From an uncultured Chloroflexia bacterium (GTDB taxonomy: Bacteria; Chloroflexota; Limnocylindria; Limnocylindrales; CSP1-4), in NCBI GenBank assembly GCA_963770795.1, contig CAVYQR010000006.1:70264-134263 (forward strand): a stretch of DNA of 64,000 nt, given 5' to 3'. Both the position numbers and the translations under genes were made by a program. Positions 51,750-61,858 of this stretch are shown one piece after another (position 1 is the stretch's first letter; every line of letters starts with the position of its first letter). The notes beneath the pieces were generated by a model that had not been told where the DNA came from, searched no databases, and worked only from the letters and a program-made list of their open reading frames with translations.

Positions 51750-51795
51750 CGTACCCGCGGACTGAGCACCGGGCGCAAGGGCTCAACGAGGGAGG

Positions 51796-53469
51796 TTGAC
51801 AGTGGTGGACGAAGCGTTCAGGACGGCGATGGCGGCGGGCTACGCGTTCGACGAGCCCGTCATCGTGTTCGGCTCGCCCATCATCGGGGACGAGGTTCTC
51901 CCCGACGTCCGAGTCCAGGTCCCGCTCTCCCGCATCAACCGCCACGGGCTGATCGCAGGGGCCACCGGGACCGGCAAGACGAAGACCCTCCAGTTGCTCG
52001 CCGGCCAGCTCTCCGACGCGGGTGTCCCTGTCTTCGCGGTCGACGTGAAGGGCGATCTGTCCGGCGTCGGCGCGCCCGGGGACGGCACCAACCCCAAGAT
52101 CGCCGAACGCGCCGCCTCCCTGAACTTCACGTTCCAGGCGGCCGGTCACCCCATCGAGATCCTCTCGCTCTCGGGCAAGGTGGGTGCCCACGTCCGCGCC
52201 AGCGTGTCTTCGTTCGGCCCGCTCCTCCTGGGCAAGGTCCTCGACCTCAACGACACCCAGACCTCGATCCTGTCGCTCGTCTTCCGCTACTGCGATGACG
52301 AGGACCTGCCGCTCCTGGACCTCGCCGACCTCCGGACCACCCTCAAGTTCCTGGGCTCGGACGACGGCAAGCCCGTGCTGGAGGACCTGGGCGGGATCAG
52401 CACCGCGTCGCTCGGCGTGATCCTGCGGTCCATCGTGACCCTGGAACAGGAAGGTGCGGGCGACTTCTTCGGCGAGCCCGAGTTCGACGTGGACGACCTG
52501 CTCCGCACCGGTCTCGACGGCAGGGGCGTGATCACGCTCCTGGAGGTTGCGGACGTCATGGACCGCCCGCGCCTCTACTCCACGTTCGTGCTCTGGATGC
52601 TCGCCCAGCTGTACGAGGGGCTGCCCGAGGTGGGCGACCAGCCGAAGCCGAAGCTGGCCTTCTTCTTCGATGAGGCCCACCTGCTGTTCGATGACGCCTC
52701 CGAGGCGCTGATGGACCAGATCGAGCGGACGGCTCGCCTCATCCGGTCCAAGGGCGTCGGCGTCTACTTCGTCACCCAGGCACCCACGGACGTCCCGTCG
52801 CCGGTCCTCTCCCAGCTGGGCAACCGGGTCCAGCACGCCCTGCGGGCCTTCACCCCTGACGATGCCGATGCGCTGCGCAAGACCGCGCGGACCTTCCCGA
52901 TGACCGACCACTACGACGTGGAGCGGACGATCACCTCCCTCGGCATCGGAGAGGCACTGGTCACCGTCCTCTCGCCCAAGGGCGTCCCAACGCCGCTCGC
53001 CGCCACCCGGCTGCTGCCGCCGGACTCCCGGATGGCCCCGCTCACCGAGGCCGAGATCGCGTCCGTCGTCGCAGCGTCGCCGCTCGCGGCACGCTACGGG
53101 CAGGCCGTGGACCGCGAGAGCGCCCACGAGATCATCACGGCCCGCCTGGCCACCGCCCGCGCCGCCGCCGCCCAGGCGCAGATGGCCGCCGCCGCTCTCC
53201 CCACCACCGGCGCCGGCCTCGACACGATGACCCCGGCCCAGCAGCGGCGCGCGATCGAGAAGCGGGCTCGGGAGCTGGAGTCGGCCCGCCGGGCGGCCGA
53301 GCGCGAGCGCAAGGCGCAGGAGCGCGCGATCAAGGCGGCCGAGCGCCAGCAGCAGAAGACGATGGAGACGGCGATCCGGACGGCCGGCCGCGTCGCCACC
53401 TCGAGAGCCGGCCAGTCGCTCATGCGCGGCGTGTTCGACACGATCTTCGGCGGCGGCAAGCGCGGTTGA
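51796..53469 (+). CDS. HerA-like/DUF853 (YjgR-type) ATPase with C-terminal coiled coil
   Basis: NRHGLIAGATGTGKTKTLQ, FFFDEAHLLF, RSKGVGVYFVTQ. Confidence 0.92.
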   Translation: MTVVDEAFRTAMAAGYAFDEPVIVFGSPIIGDEVLPDVRVQVPLSRINRHGLIAGATGTGKTKTLQLLAGQLSDAGVPVFAVDVKGDLSGVGAPGDGTNPKIAERAASLNFTFQAAGHPIEILSLSGKVGAHVRASVSSFGPLLLGKVLDLNDTQTSILSLVFRYCDDEDLPLLDLADLRTTLKFLGSDDGKPVLEDLGGISTASLGVILRSIVTLEQEGAGDFFGEPEFDVDDLLRTGLDGRGVITLLEVADVMDRPRLYSTFVLWMLAQLYEGLPEVGDQPKPKLAFFFDEAHLLFDDASEALMDQIERTARLIRSKGVGVYFVTQAPTDVPSPVLSQLGNRVQHALRAFTPDDADALRKTARTFPMTDHYDVERTITSLGIGEALVTVLSPKGVPTPLAATRLLPPDSRMAPLTEAEIASVVAASPLAARYGQAVDRESAHEIITARLATARAAAAQAQMAAAALPTTGAGLDTMTPAQQRRAIEKRARELESARRAAERERKAQERAIKAAERQQQKTMETAIRTAGRVATSRAGQSLMRGVFDTIFGGGKRG

Positions 53470-53866
53470 ACGGAGTCGCTCAGGGCCGCCGCCGCTGACG
53501 GCGCTGGGCGATCGAGGACATGGCCGAGCGAGGACGTGGCCGAGGCGCCCGATCGTGGTCCTGGCCTGGCCCTAGTAGGCGGATTGGGTCACGCGGATCT
53601 GCCTGACTCTCCAGCGCGTCCACGATCCGCCGCGCGGCTTCAGGCGGGCGGGGTGACGGACGTGAGGACCAGCGAGGCGAGCAGCGGGACCACGAGGAGC
53701 CCGGCAGCGCTCTCGGGCTGGCGAGGGCCACCAGCCACCCGGTCGCGCCCAGGAGCGACGAGGGGCGACTCCAGGGCCCGGCAGTGTTAGGTTACCGTGA
53801 CCAGTCCATGAGTAGGGCGTCAGTACCATTGCACCGCGGGACAACCCCGCCTAGGCTCGGTTGGTC

Positions 53867-55270
53867 ATGATTCGTCGTTACGGCAGCGGTCTGCGCGCGC
53901 TCCTGATGGTCACGGACGGTGTTCTCGCCGCCCTGACCATGGTCGCCACGTCCGCCCTCCGCTTCGGTGACGACTGGGACGTCCACTGGCGCGGCATCGT
54001 CCCGGACCCGCTGTCGTTCCTGGTCCTGTACGCAATCCTGTGGATCGGCGTCCTCACCTATCGCGGCCTGTACCAGCTCGGGCCGCGGTGGTCGATCCGC
54101 GGCGAGGCGACCGACCTCATGCGCGCCAGCTTCCTCATGGCCGCCATCGTCCTCGGGATCCTGTTCTGGACGCGCCTCCCCGACGTCAGCCGCTCGTTCC
54201 TGCTGCTGCTGTTCCCGGCGCAGTACCTGGTCACCCTGGGGACGCGCGTCGTCCTTCGCCTGAGCGTCGAGCGGCTCCGCGTCCGGGGCCTGAACCAGCG
54301 CTTCCTGGTCGTCGTGGGAGCGGGCCCGCGGGGCCAGGCGTTCGCCGAGAAGCTGGAGGCGCACCGGGCCCTGGGGCTGCGGGTGGCCGGCTTCATCGAC
54401 GAGGATCCCGGCTACGAGCTGCCGTCGCGGTGGCCGTACCTCGGGACGCCGAACGATCTCGAGCGCATCCTCCACGAGCGGATCGTGGACGAGGTCGCCA
54501 TCTGCCTGCCCATCTCGCAGTGGAGCCTCGTGGACGCGATCGCCCGCCTGTGCGAGGAGGAGGGCAAGATCGTCCGGGTCCCGATGACGCCCATGGCCTT
54601 CCTCGACCACGCGTTCCCGTCGGGTCGGATGGAGGAGCTCGACGGCAGCCCCGTGTTCTCGCTCGTGTCGGGGCCGGACCGGGCGCTGGCCCTCGCGATC
54701 AAGCGCCTCGTTGACCTCGCCGTCTCGGTCGCTGCCCTGGTGGTCCTCAGCCCCCTGTTCCTGGCGCTCGCCCTCGGCATCCGGCTCGACGACCGGGGGC
54801 CCATCCTGTTCCGGCAGGTCCGGGTGGGGTTCCACGGTCGCCGGTTCCAGGTGCTCAAGTTCCGGACGATGACCACCGACGCCGAGGATCGCTACGGGGA
54901 GGTCGTGGCGCTGTCCGATCCGCGGGCCTTCAAGGTGACGAACGACCCGCGGATCACCCACTTCGGCCGCTTCCTGCGCCGGACCAGCCTCGACGAGCTG
55001 CCGCAGCTGTTGAACGTCCTCCGAGGCGAGATGAGCCTCGTGGGACCGCGGCCCGCGCCGCCCCGCGAGGTCGAGGGCTACGACCTGTGGCACCGTCGCC
55101 GCCTGTCGATGAAGCCGGGCATCACGGGTCTGTGGCAGGTGACCGCGAGGCGCAACGACGACTTCGACGAGCGGGCCCACCTCGATCTCGACTATATCGA
55201 CCGCTGGTCGATGTGGCTCGACGTCAAGATCCTGGCCCGGACGATCCCGGCCGCCCTGGACGGGCGCTAG
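53867..55270 (+). CDS. Priming polyprenyl-phosphate sugar transferase (WcaJ/CpsE family)
   Basis: N-terminal TMs, CoA-binding-like domain, [43 protein letters not shown]. Confidence 0.93.
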   Translation: MIRRYGSGLRALLMVTDGVLAALTMVATSALRFGDDWDVHWRGIVPDPLSFLVLYAILWIGVLTYRGLYQLGPRWSIRGEATDLMRASFLMAAIVLGILFWTRLPDVSRSFLLLLFPAQYLVTLGTRVVLRLSVERLRVRGLNQRFLVVVGAGPRGQAFAEKLEAHRALGLRVAGFIDEDPGYELPSRWPYLGTPNDLERILHERIVDEVAICLPISQWSLVDAIARLCEEEGKIVRVPMTPMAFLDHAFPSGRMEELDGSPVFSLVSGPDRALALAIKRLVDLAVSVAALVVLSPLFLALALGIRLDDRGPILFRQVRVGFHGRRFQVLKFRTMTTDAEDRYGEVVALSDPRAFKVTNDPRITHFGRFLRRTSLDELPQLLNVLRGEMSLVGPRPAPPREVEGYDLWHRRRLSMKPGITGLWQVTARRNDDFDERAHLDLDYIDRWSMWLDVKILARTIPAALDGR

Positions 55271-56585
55271 GCGGCGACGCCCGCAGGCGCGCGAGTCGAC
55301 GCGCGAAGTCGACGTAGTTGACCTGCGCGACGAACCGTTCCTCCCACACCCGGCGGCTCTCGAGGCGCTTGGCCGCCGCGGCCGGCGGATCCTCGACCAG
55401 GCTGATCAGCGCATCGGCGATCTCGTCTGGCGTGGGGTCCGCGGAGACCAGCACGCCGTTCCGCTCCGAGACGATCTCGGGGTTCCCGCCCACGGCGGTC
55501 GCGATGATGGGGATGCCACAGCTGGCCGCCTCCATGATGGCGACCGGTGACCCGCCCTCGGAAGAGCTCGCGTTGATGAACGCGGCGACGGGTTCCTCCT
55601 GGTAGAACGCCATGATCTCCGCGGTGGTCCGGTAGCCGTGGAAGATGGCCTCGGCGTTGTCCGGAAGATCGGCCCGGGCCGATCGTTCGATTTCGTCCGC
55701 CTCCTCGCCGTCGCCGAAGTGGTGCCACTCGAAGCTGAGGTCGGGCATCCGGCGGGCGGCACGCTCGACGCCGTGGAGAATGAGCTCCACGCGCTTCACC
55801 GGGTGAATCCGCGAGCACGAGGCGATGACGTGCCGGCGCCCTGGCGGCGTAGGGCTGACCGGACCAGGATCATCCACGCCCAGCCTGGAGACCTCACAGC
55901 GCGGCTCGAACCAGGGGTAGTGGTCGACCGTGTAGCGCATCCCGTACTCCGAGACCGCGTACATGCGGTCGATGCGCTCGAGCGTCGCCCGGCGAAGTGG
56001 GAGGTACGGGGGGCGATGTCGCTCGAGGAACAGGTCGAAGCCGTTGACCCGTGTCACGACCACGAGCCCTGGATGCTCGTGCTTGGCCAGGCCCAGTCCG
56101 GCCGTCAGGCCGTCACACCAGAACGTGTACGCGACGCACCGGTCGGGGTCAACCGCGCCGTGTCGCGCCAGCCCCCGGAACCACGAGCGCGTCAGCTCGG
56201 CCCGGCCGGCTGCCAGGATCAGCCGCTTCAGCGCGCGCGGGCTGATGACGATCGATGGGCGCTCGGCGATGTCGCCCCAGAACAGGCGGCTCGCCAGCGC
56301 GCGCGTGACGAGCAGGAAGGCGACCCACCTCGATCCGAGGGTCGTCGCAAGGCTCTCGTCGACCTCGATCCCGTCGGGCGGCGTCGTCCGCCCGCGACCG
56401 GACCGGGCAGGGACGATGACGACGCGCTCGAAAGCCTGGCGCAGCGATAGGAGTTGCGGCTCGACGAACGTCTGTTCACGCTCGACCATATACGGGTAGG
56501 AGAGGGTGAGGATGAGGAGCGTCGCGCCCGTCGGCGGCGCCCCGGCTGCACTGGCCACATGCGTAGGATACGGTCCATCGGCCAC
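55224..56585 (-). CDS. Glycosyltransferase family 4
   Basis: SYPY...E..F, SRIHPVKR, SSSEGGSPVAIMEAASCGIPIIATAVGG..E. Start uncertain. Confidence 0.85.
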   Translation of the reverse strand: MADGPYPTHVASAAGAPPTGATLLILTLSYPYMVEREQTFVEPQLLSLRQAFERVVIVPARSGRGRTTPPDGIEVDESLATTLGSRWVAFLLVTRALASRLFWGDIAERPSIVISPRALKRLILAAGRAELTRSWFRGLARHGAVDPDRCVAYTFWCDGLTAGLGLAKHEHPGLVVVTRVNGFDLFLERHRPPYLPLRRATLERIDRMYAVSEYGMRYTVDHYPWFEPRCEVSRLGVDDPGPVSPTPPGRRHVIASCSRIHPVKRVELILHGVERAARRMPDLSFEWHHFGDGEEADEIERSARADLPDNAEAIFHGYRTTAEIMAFYQEEPVAAFINASSSEGGSPVAIMEAASCGIPIIATAVGGNPEIVSERNGVLVSADPTPDEIADALISLVEDPPAAAAKRLESRRVWEERFVAQVNYVDFARRLARLRASPPSARPGRPGSSGPGS

Positions 56586-56708
56586 GGGCCCGACGGCGTC
56601 GCCAGGAAAGACGAGGTAGGCATCAGAGATGGCAGGGGATCTCCGGCTCCACGAGGCTCGTCGCCGGCATATTCACAGGCGTCGAGCGGAGACCTGGGGC
56701 GTCCGCAC

Positions 56709-58055
56709 GTGAGATTCCGGCCCGGGGCGGCCGCGGCCCCGGGATCGGCGACCCTCGGGGCGACGGTCGCACGAGCGATGGTCACGACCTCGGCCAGCCA
56801 GGTCGCGATCGTCGCGCTGGTGTTCGTGACCTCGATCGCCCAGGCGCGCCTGCTGGGAGCAGAGGGCCGGGGCGAGCTCGCGCTGTTCATGAACGCCACC
56901 GCGATCCTCGTGCTCGTCTGCGGCCTCGGCATCAACTCCGCGATCACGTACTTCGTCGCCTCGGGGGCTGCGCAGCCGCGCCCGCTGATCCGGACCCTTC
57001 GTCCGGCGTATGCGTTGACCGTCCTCGCGGTGCTCGCGCTGTCGGCGATGATCATGGCGTCGGGCCTGCGGCAATTCCTGCCCGAGAGCCTCCCCGACGC
57101 GTGGCTGGTCCTGGCGCTGACCCTGTACTTCGCGCTAGCCCAAGCGGGCAGCTGGCTGGGCGCGGTCCTCGCGGCACGCCGGGCGTTCACTCCCATCAAT
57201 GCAGCCGCGGTGCTCGTCGCCGGTACCGGCACCGTGGTCTCGGCGGCCCTGCTCTGGCTCTCGCCAGCCTGGGCGAACGTGGGGGCCATCATCGCCCTCC
57301 TGGTAGCGCTCGAAGGGCTCCGGACGACGCTCCTGGCCGGATCCCTCGTCCGAAGCCGGTGGCTCGGGCGCCGGGGCGAAGCGGCAGCGACCGGAGTCGC
57401 CGAGCACCGCCTCACTTTCGTGCAGTTGTGGCGCTACTCGGGGCTCACGTTCGCCGTCAACTCCCTCCAGTTCCTGACCTACCGGTCCGACATGTGGATC
57501 GTGGCCGCCTTCCATGGGACTGCCGTGCTGGGCGTCTATGCCCTCGCTGTCTCGCTCGCGCAGCTCGTATGGATCGTGCCGGGAGCGACTGCGAGCGTCC
57601 TGTTTCCCTACGCCGCGATGCTGGAGAGGCAGAGCTCCGCGCATCTCGCGTTGCGGGCGGCGCAATTCGCGCTGGTCGCGAGCGCGGTGTGCGGCGTCGC
57701 GGGGTGGATCGCGAGCGAGCTGCTCGTCGTGACCCTGTTCGGGGAGGAGTTCGCCGAAGTCCCGTCGCTGATTGGGATCCTGCTGCTGGGGATCGTCCCG
57801 TTTTCCGTGGCCAAGGTGCTGGGCGGCTACCTCGCCGGATCGAACGCCGTCGGGCTGAACGCGGTCGCGACCACCGTCACCCTGGTCATCGCGATCGCGC
57901 TGGCGCTGCTCCTGATCCCGGGCATGGGTGCGGCGGGCGCCGCGTGGGCGACCGCCATCGCGTACTCGTTCCAGACGCTGCTGCTGGTGGTCCTCTTCGC
58001 CCGCCGGACCGCGCTGCCGCTCAGGGCCGTGATGCGGCTGCGCGCTCCGGGCTGA
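56709..58055 (+). CDS. wzx: Wzx-type oligosaccharide flippase (MOP superfamily)
   Basis: About 12 TMs; ARLLGAEGRGE, GVYALAV, GAAWAT. Start 56709 or 56778. Confidence 0.8.
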   Translation: MRFRPGAAAAPGSATLGATVARAMVTTSASQVAIVALVFVTSIAQARLLGAEGRGELALFMNATAILVLVCGLGINSAITYFVASGAAQPRPLIRTLRPAYALTVLAVLALSAMIMASGLRQFLPESLPDAWLVLALTLYFALAQAGSWLGAVLAARRAFTPINAAAVLVAGTGTVVSAALLWLSPAWANVGAIIALLVALEGLRTTLLAGSLVRSRWLGRRGEAAATGVAEHRLTFVQLWRYSGLTFAVNSLQFLTYRSDMWIVAAFHGTAVLGVYALAVSLAQLVWIVPGATASVLFPYAAMLERQSSAHLALRAAQFALVASAVCGVAGWIASELLVVTLFGEEFAEVPSLIGILLLGIVPFSVAKVLGGYLAGSNAVGLNAVATTVTLVIAIALALLLIPGMGAAGAAWATAIAYSFQTLLLVVLFARRTALPLRAVMRLRAPG

Positions 58056-58077
58056 GCGTCGCCGAGTGCGAAGCCGG

Positions 58078-59376
58078 CTACCGCACCGGCCCGGCTGCGA
58101 CCACCTCGGCGAGCAGGGCGGACCAGCGCTCGGCCAGGCGGCGCCGGTCGAACCGGGCAAGCACCTGGTCCGGCGCGCCGGTGAAGGACGGGTCCCGCGC
58201 GAGCTCCGCCGCACGCTGGATCGCGGCCCGGAGACCGGGCGCGTCATCGGGGTCGGCAACGACGCCGGCGCCCGAGGACCGGACGAGATCCGCAGCCGGC
58301 CCCTCGGGGCCGATGAGCATGATCGGGCGGCGGAGGGCGATGCACTCGTAGAGCTTCCCGGTCATCGTGTTGACGCCGATGCCGCCGCCGCCGGTGAACA
58401 CCAGCAGGACGTCCGCGGCGGACATTGCCCGCAGGGCCTCCGCGTGCGGGACGGCGTCCGAGATGCCGACCGCGTTCCCGCCGATGGCCGTCGTGGCAAG
58501 CGAGCGGAACCTGGGGCCGATCGGCCCGAGCAGGTCGAGCCGGAGGCGCCCGGGCTCGTGCTTCGCCATGTCCCCGAACACTTCCAGGAAGGCCCCGACG
58601 TCCTGCGGGCCGCGCAGCGAGCCCGCGTACAGGAAGCGGACCGGGTCACCTGGAGCGGCCGGAACCCGCGCCGGGAGTCCGGCGAGATCGGCGGGATCGA
58701 ACCCATTGTCGATCGCCTCGAAGCCACGGTGACGTGGGTACCGACCCCTGAGGACCTCGCACTCCATCTCGGACGCATGCACGACCCTCGAGGCGTGCTG
58801 GACGCACCGCGCCTCCAGCCGCCGTTCGATCGGACGGTGCCACGGGGCCGGGTTGGCGTGCATCGGGTTGTCCGACCAGTTGTCCCGCAGGTCCATCACC
58901 ATCGGGATGCCGTGTCGCCCGGCCAGGCTCGTCGCGGCCAGGTGGACGCTGTGCGGGGGCCCCGAGGACAGCAGGACGTCGGGATCTCCGAGCTCGGACC
59001 GGTCCAGCCGTGAGACCCGCCATGCCCATCCGAGGTACCGATCCGGGATGAGGACGGAGCGGACGGCCGCCTTGGCCGCCCTGGTGACGGCGCGGAGCGC
59101 GCCGGCTCGCCCTGAAGAGCCTGCGTCGCCCGCGTGGTTCGCACGGCTGCCGAGCGTGCGGATCGGTCCGCCGACGGTGCGAACCCGGACGCCTGCCGGG
59201 ATCTCGTCGCTCAGCGCCGGGTCGTCAAGCTCCCAGAAGGTCCCACTGCTGCGGACCACCGTGACATCCCAGCCGAGCTCGGGCAGGTATTTCGCCAGCT
59301 TCGCCATCCTGAGGACGCCGCCGCCGCCCATGGGCGGGAACACGATCGTCAGGATGGTCACCTTCGGTCGATCCAC
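58078..59376 (-). CDS. Glycosyltransferase family 4
   Basis: FPPMGGGG..R..KLAKYL, DLRDNW, NGFDP, YAGSL, GKLYE. Probable start GTG 59376. Confidence 0.85.
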   Translation of the reverse strand: MDRPKVTILTIVFPPMGGGGVLRMAKLAKYLPELGWDVTVVRSSGTFWELDDPALSDEIPAGVRVRTVGGPIRTLGSRANHAGDAGSSGRAGALRAVTRAAKAAVRSVLIPDRYLGWAWRVSRLDRSELGDPDVLLSSGPPHSVHLAATSLAGRHGIPMVMDLRDNWSDNPMHANPAPWHRPIERRLEARCVQHASRVVHASEMECEVLRGRYPRHRGFEAIDNGFDPADLAGLPARVPAAPGDPVRFLYAGSLRGPQDVGAFLEVFGDMAKHEPGRLRLDLLGPIGPRFRSLATTAIGGNAVGISDAVPHAEALRAMSAADVLLVFTGGGGIGVNTMTGKLYECIALRRPIMLIGPEGPAADLVRSSGAGVVADPDDAPGLRAAIQRAAELARDPSFTGAPDQVLARFDRRRLAERWSALLAEVVAAGPVR

Positions 59377-59519
59377 GGCAGCGCCAATCGGCTTCAGCGG
59401 GGGAGTGATCCCCGACAGGATACCGGCTACCCCGACCCTCCATGCATGCTCCATTGGAACGCCGCCGGTGCCGGAACCGCCGGCGTGGGCGACCTCCGTC
59501 TGGCACTCTGTGGCGACCG

Positions 59520-60476
59520 ATGTCCAGCTCCACCACGACCGCGCTCCCGGACGTCTCGTTCGTCGTCATCGCCTTCAACGAGCGTGCCCGAGCTGCCGAC
59601 TGCGTCCGGGCGATCCTCGACCAGCGGAGCGATGTCGCGTTCGAGATCGTCTTCGTCGATGACGGCTCGACCGACGGGACGGCCGACGCCGTGGCGGCCG
59701 CGACCGGGGGCGACGGACGGATCCGCGTCATCCGGCTGCCGTCGAACAGGGGACGAGGCGGAGCCCGGGCGGCCGGCGTGGAGGCTGCCCGCGGACCGGT
59801 GATCGGGTTCGTCGACGCCGACATCACGCTGCCGCCCGACTGGCTGGCCCGCTGCCTGGCGGAGCTGCCCGGGCACGCGGCCGTCGGCGGGATCGCAGTT
59901 CCGGACGGCGACGCCACCGTCCTCGCCCGCATGAGCGGGGCGTCGCCCCGTGTGGTCCCCGGCAGTGCGCCGATCACCGGCAACAACGTCCTGTTCGACG
60001 CCGCCGTCCTCGACCGGACGGGGTTCGACCCCCGCGATCGGCTGGGCGAGGACTTCCGCCTCGCGCACCGGCTGCTGCGGGACGGGCATCGGCTCCGGCG
60101 GGTGCCCGGGCTGACCGTGCGCCACGACGAGCGCAAGAGCTACGGTCGCGCGCTCCGCTGGCGCTTCGAGAACGGGATCGACGCCGCATCCCATCCGCGC
60201 CGGCTCCGGATCGTGCGCCTCGCCGACCTCGTGTGGATTGGCTGGTCCGGTGCCTGGATCATCGGCGTGATCGGGGCGGTCGCCGCGTCGCCATGGTGGC
60301 TCCTGCTCGGGCCGGCAGCCGGTGTGGCGGCCGGGGTGATGCACGCCACGACGCGGTTCCATCCCCGGCCCGTGGGGCCGTTTCTGCTCGCGTGCGTCGC
60401 GGATGTGCCCCTGATGACCGCCTATCTGGCCGGCCGAACGGTCGGGCTGCCCGGGCTCATCCGTGGCCGATCGTGA
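59520..60476 (+). CDS. Glycosyltransferase family 2 with C-terminal TM segments
   Basis: FVVIAFNE, VDDGSTDGT, FVDAD, GEDF. Start ATG 59520. Confidence 0.88.
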   Translation: MSSSTTTALPDVSFVVIAFNERARAADCVRAILDQRSDVAFEIVFVDDGSTDGTADAVAAATGGDGRIRVIRLPSNRGRGGARAAGVEAARGPVIGFVDADITLPPDWLARCLAELPGHAAVGGIAVPDGDATVLARMSGASPRVVPGSAPITGNNVLFDAAVLDRTGFDPRDRLGEDFRLAHRLLRDGHRLRRVPGLTVRHDERKSYGRALRWRFENGIDAASHPRRLRIVRLADLVWIGWSGAWIIGVIGAVAASPWWLLLGPAAGVAAGVMHATTRFHPRPVGPFLLACVADVPLMTAYLAGRTVGLPGLIRGRS

Positions 60477-61579
60477 CCCGCGTCGCCATCGTCCAGGACT
60501 GGCTCGCCGCCGAGGCGGGCTCCGAGCGCGTCACGCTCGAGCTGGCCCGGCTGCTGCCGTCGGCCGACCTGTACACCTCGTTCTTCGACCCGTCGATCTT
60601 CGGCGGGGAGCTGCGCGGCCGCCGCGTCCACCCGTGGCCGCTCGACCGGGTGTCCGGGCTGAGTCGCCGGTTCCGGTCGCTCCTCCCCCTGTACCCGCTC
60701 TACTTCTCGCAGCTCGACCTTCGCCGCTACGACCTGGTCGTGAGCAGCTCGGTCGCCTTCTCGCACGCGGTCCGGACGGCGCCGGGTGCGCTCCATGTGA
60801 GCTACGTGCACACACCGATGCGCTACGCGTGGGACCTGGATACGTACCTGCGGGGGTCGAGCACGTCGGCGGCCAGCGCCCTGGGGGCGCGGATCGCGAG
60901 GCCGTTCCTGCAGCGCTGGGACCAGGTGACGGCCCGGCGTCCGGACGTCCTCGTGGCCAACTCCGCCACGGTCCGGAGACGGATCCATGAGCTCTGGCGC
61001 CGCGATGCCGAGGTCATCCACCCGCCGGTGGACGTCGGGTCAATCCCCTTGGGCACCACGGACGACGGCTTCCTGCTCGTCGCGGCAAGGCTGCTGGCCT
61101 ATCGGCGCATCGATCTCGCGGTGGAGGCCGCGAACCGGCTCGGTCGCCCCCTGGTCATCGTGGGCGACGGCCCGGAGCGGCCCCGGCTGGAGGCCCTCGC
61201 CGGACCCCGGGTCCAGTTCGTCGGCCGGGTCGACCGGGCGGTTCTGCTCGACCTGCTCGGGCGCTGTCACGCCTATCTCGTGCCGGGGATCGAGGACTTC
61301 GGGATCGCGCCGGTGGAGGCGATGGCTGCGGGCAGGCCGGTGGTGGCGTTCCGGGCCGGCGGCGCGACGGAGACGGTCGTCGAGGGTGAGACGGGGATGT
61401 TCTTCGACGAGGCGAGCGGGGACGCGCTGGCCGCGGCCATTCGGTCGCTCGACGACGTCCAGCTCGACCCCGCGGCGATCCGCCGCCACGCCCAGGGGTT
61501 CGACACGGCGGTGTTCAGGGAGCGAATGGGGCGCATACTCGTCGAGCATGGCTTTGGCCCGGCGCTCCTCGTCCGCTGA
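60473..61579 (+). CDS. Glycosyltransferase family 4
   Basis: VAIVQDWL...GSER, HTPMRYAWD, HPPVD, EDFGIAPVEAMAAGRPV. Confidence 0.9.
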   Translation: MTRVAIVQDWLAAEAGSERVTLELARLLPSADLYTSFFDPSIFGGELRGRRVHPWPLDRVSGLSRRFRSLLPLYPLYFSQLDLRRYDLVVSSSVAFSHAVRTAPGALHVSYVHTPMRYAWDLDTYLRGSSTSAASALGARIARPFLQRWDQVTARRPDVLVANSATVRRRIHELWRRDAEVIHPPVDVGSIPLGTTDDGFLLVAARLLAYRRIDLAVEAANRLGRPLVIVGDGPERPRLEALAGPRVQFVGRVDRAVLLDLLGRCHAYLVPGIEDFGIAPVEAMAAGRPVVAFRAGGATETVVEGETGMFFDEASGDALAAAIRSLDDVQLDPAAIRRHAQGFDTAVFRERMGRILVEHGFGPALLVR

Positions 61580-61858
61580 CGACGAGGGGTCCTGGGACGA
61601 TCGGTGCCAGACGGCACCGGAATTGAGGGCCACACCGGGCGGGTTCGGTGGAGTTCGGGACGATTGGGGGTATTCGGGACCGGACGGGAGCAGTACCATT
61701 GATGGTCCTAGGCGCCTAGAGTGGCGTCGCTGACCGTCCCATCCCGGTGACTACTCCCGGGCCGGTCCAGTGTCCATCGGGGAGGGCGAGGAGCGCCCCG
61801 GCCAAGGTCTCATCGATGCCGTATTGGCATCATCGAAGCAAGGGAGAGTTGATCAACG

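Noticed and set aside
53480-53844. Short ORFs between the HerA-like gene and the sugar transferase, including a hydrophobic AGLLVVPLLASLVLTSV stretch
   Set aside because: The hydrophobic frame has an upstream stop and no start; other frames lack features. At most a gene remnant.
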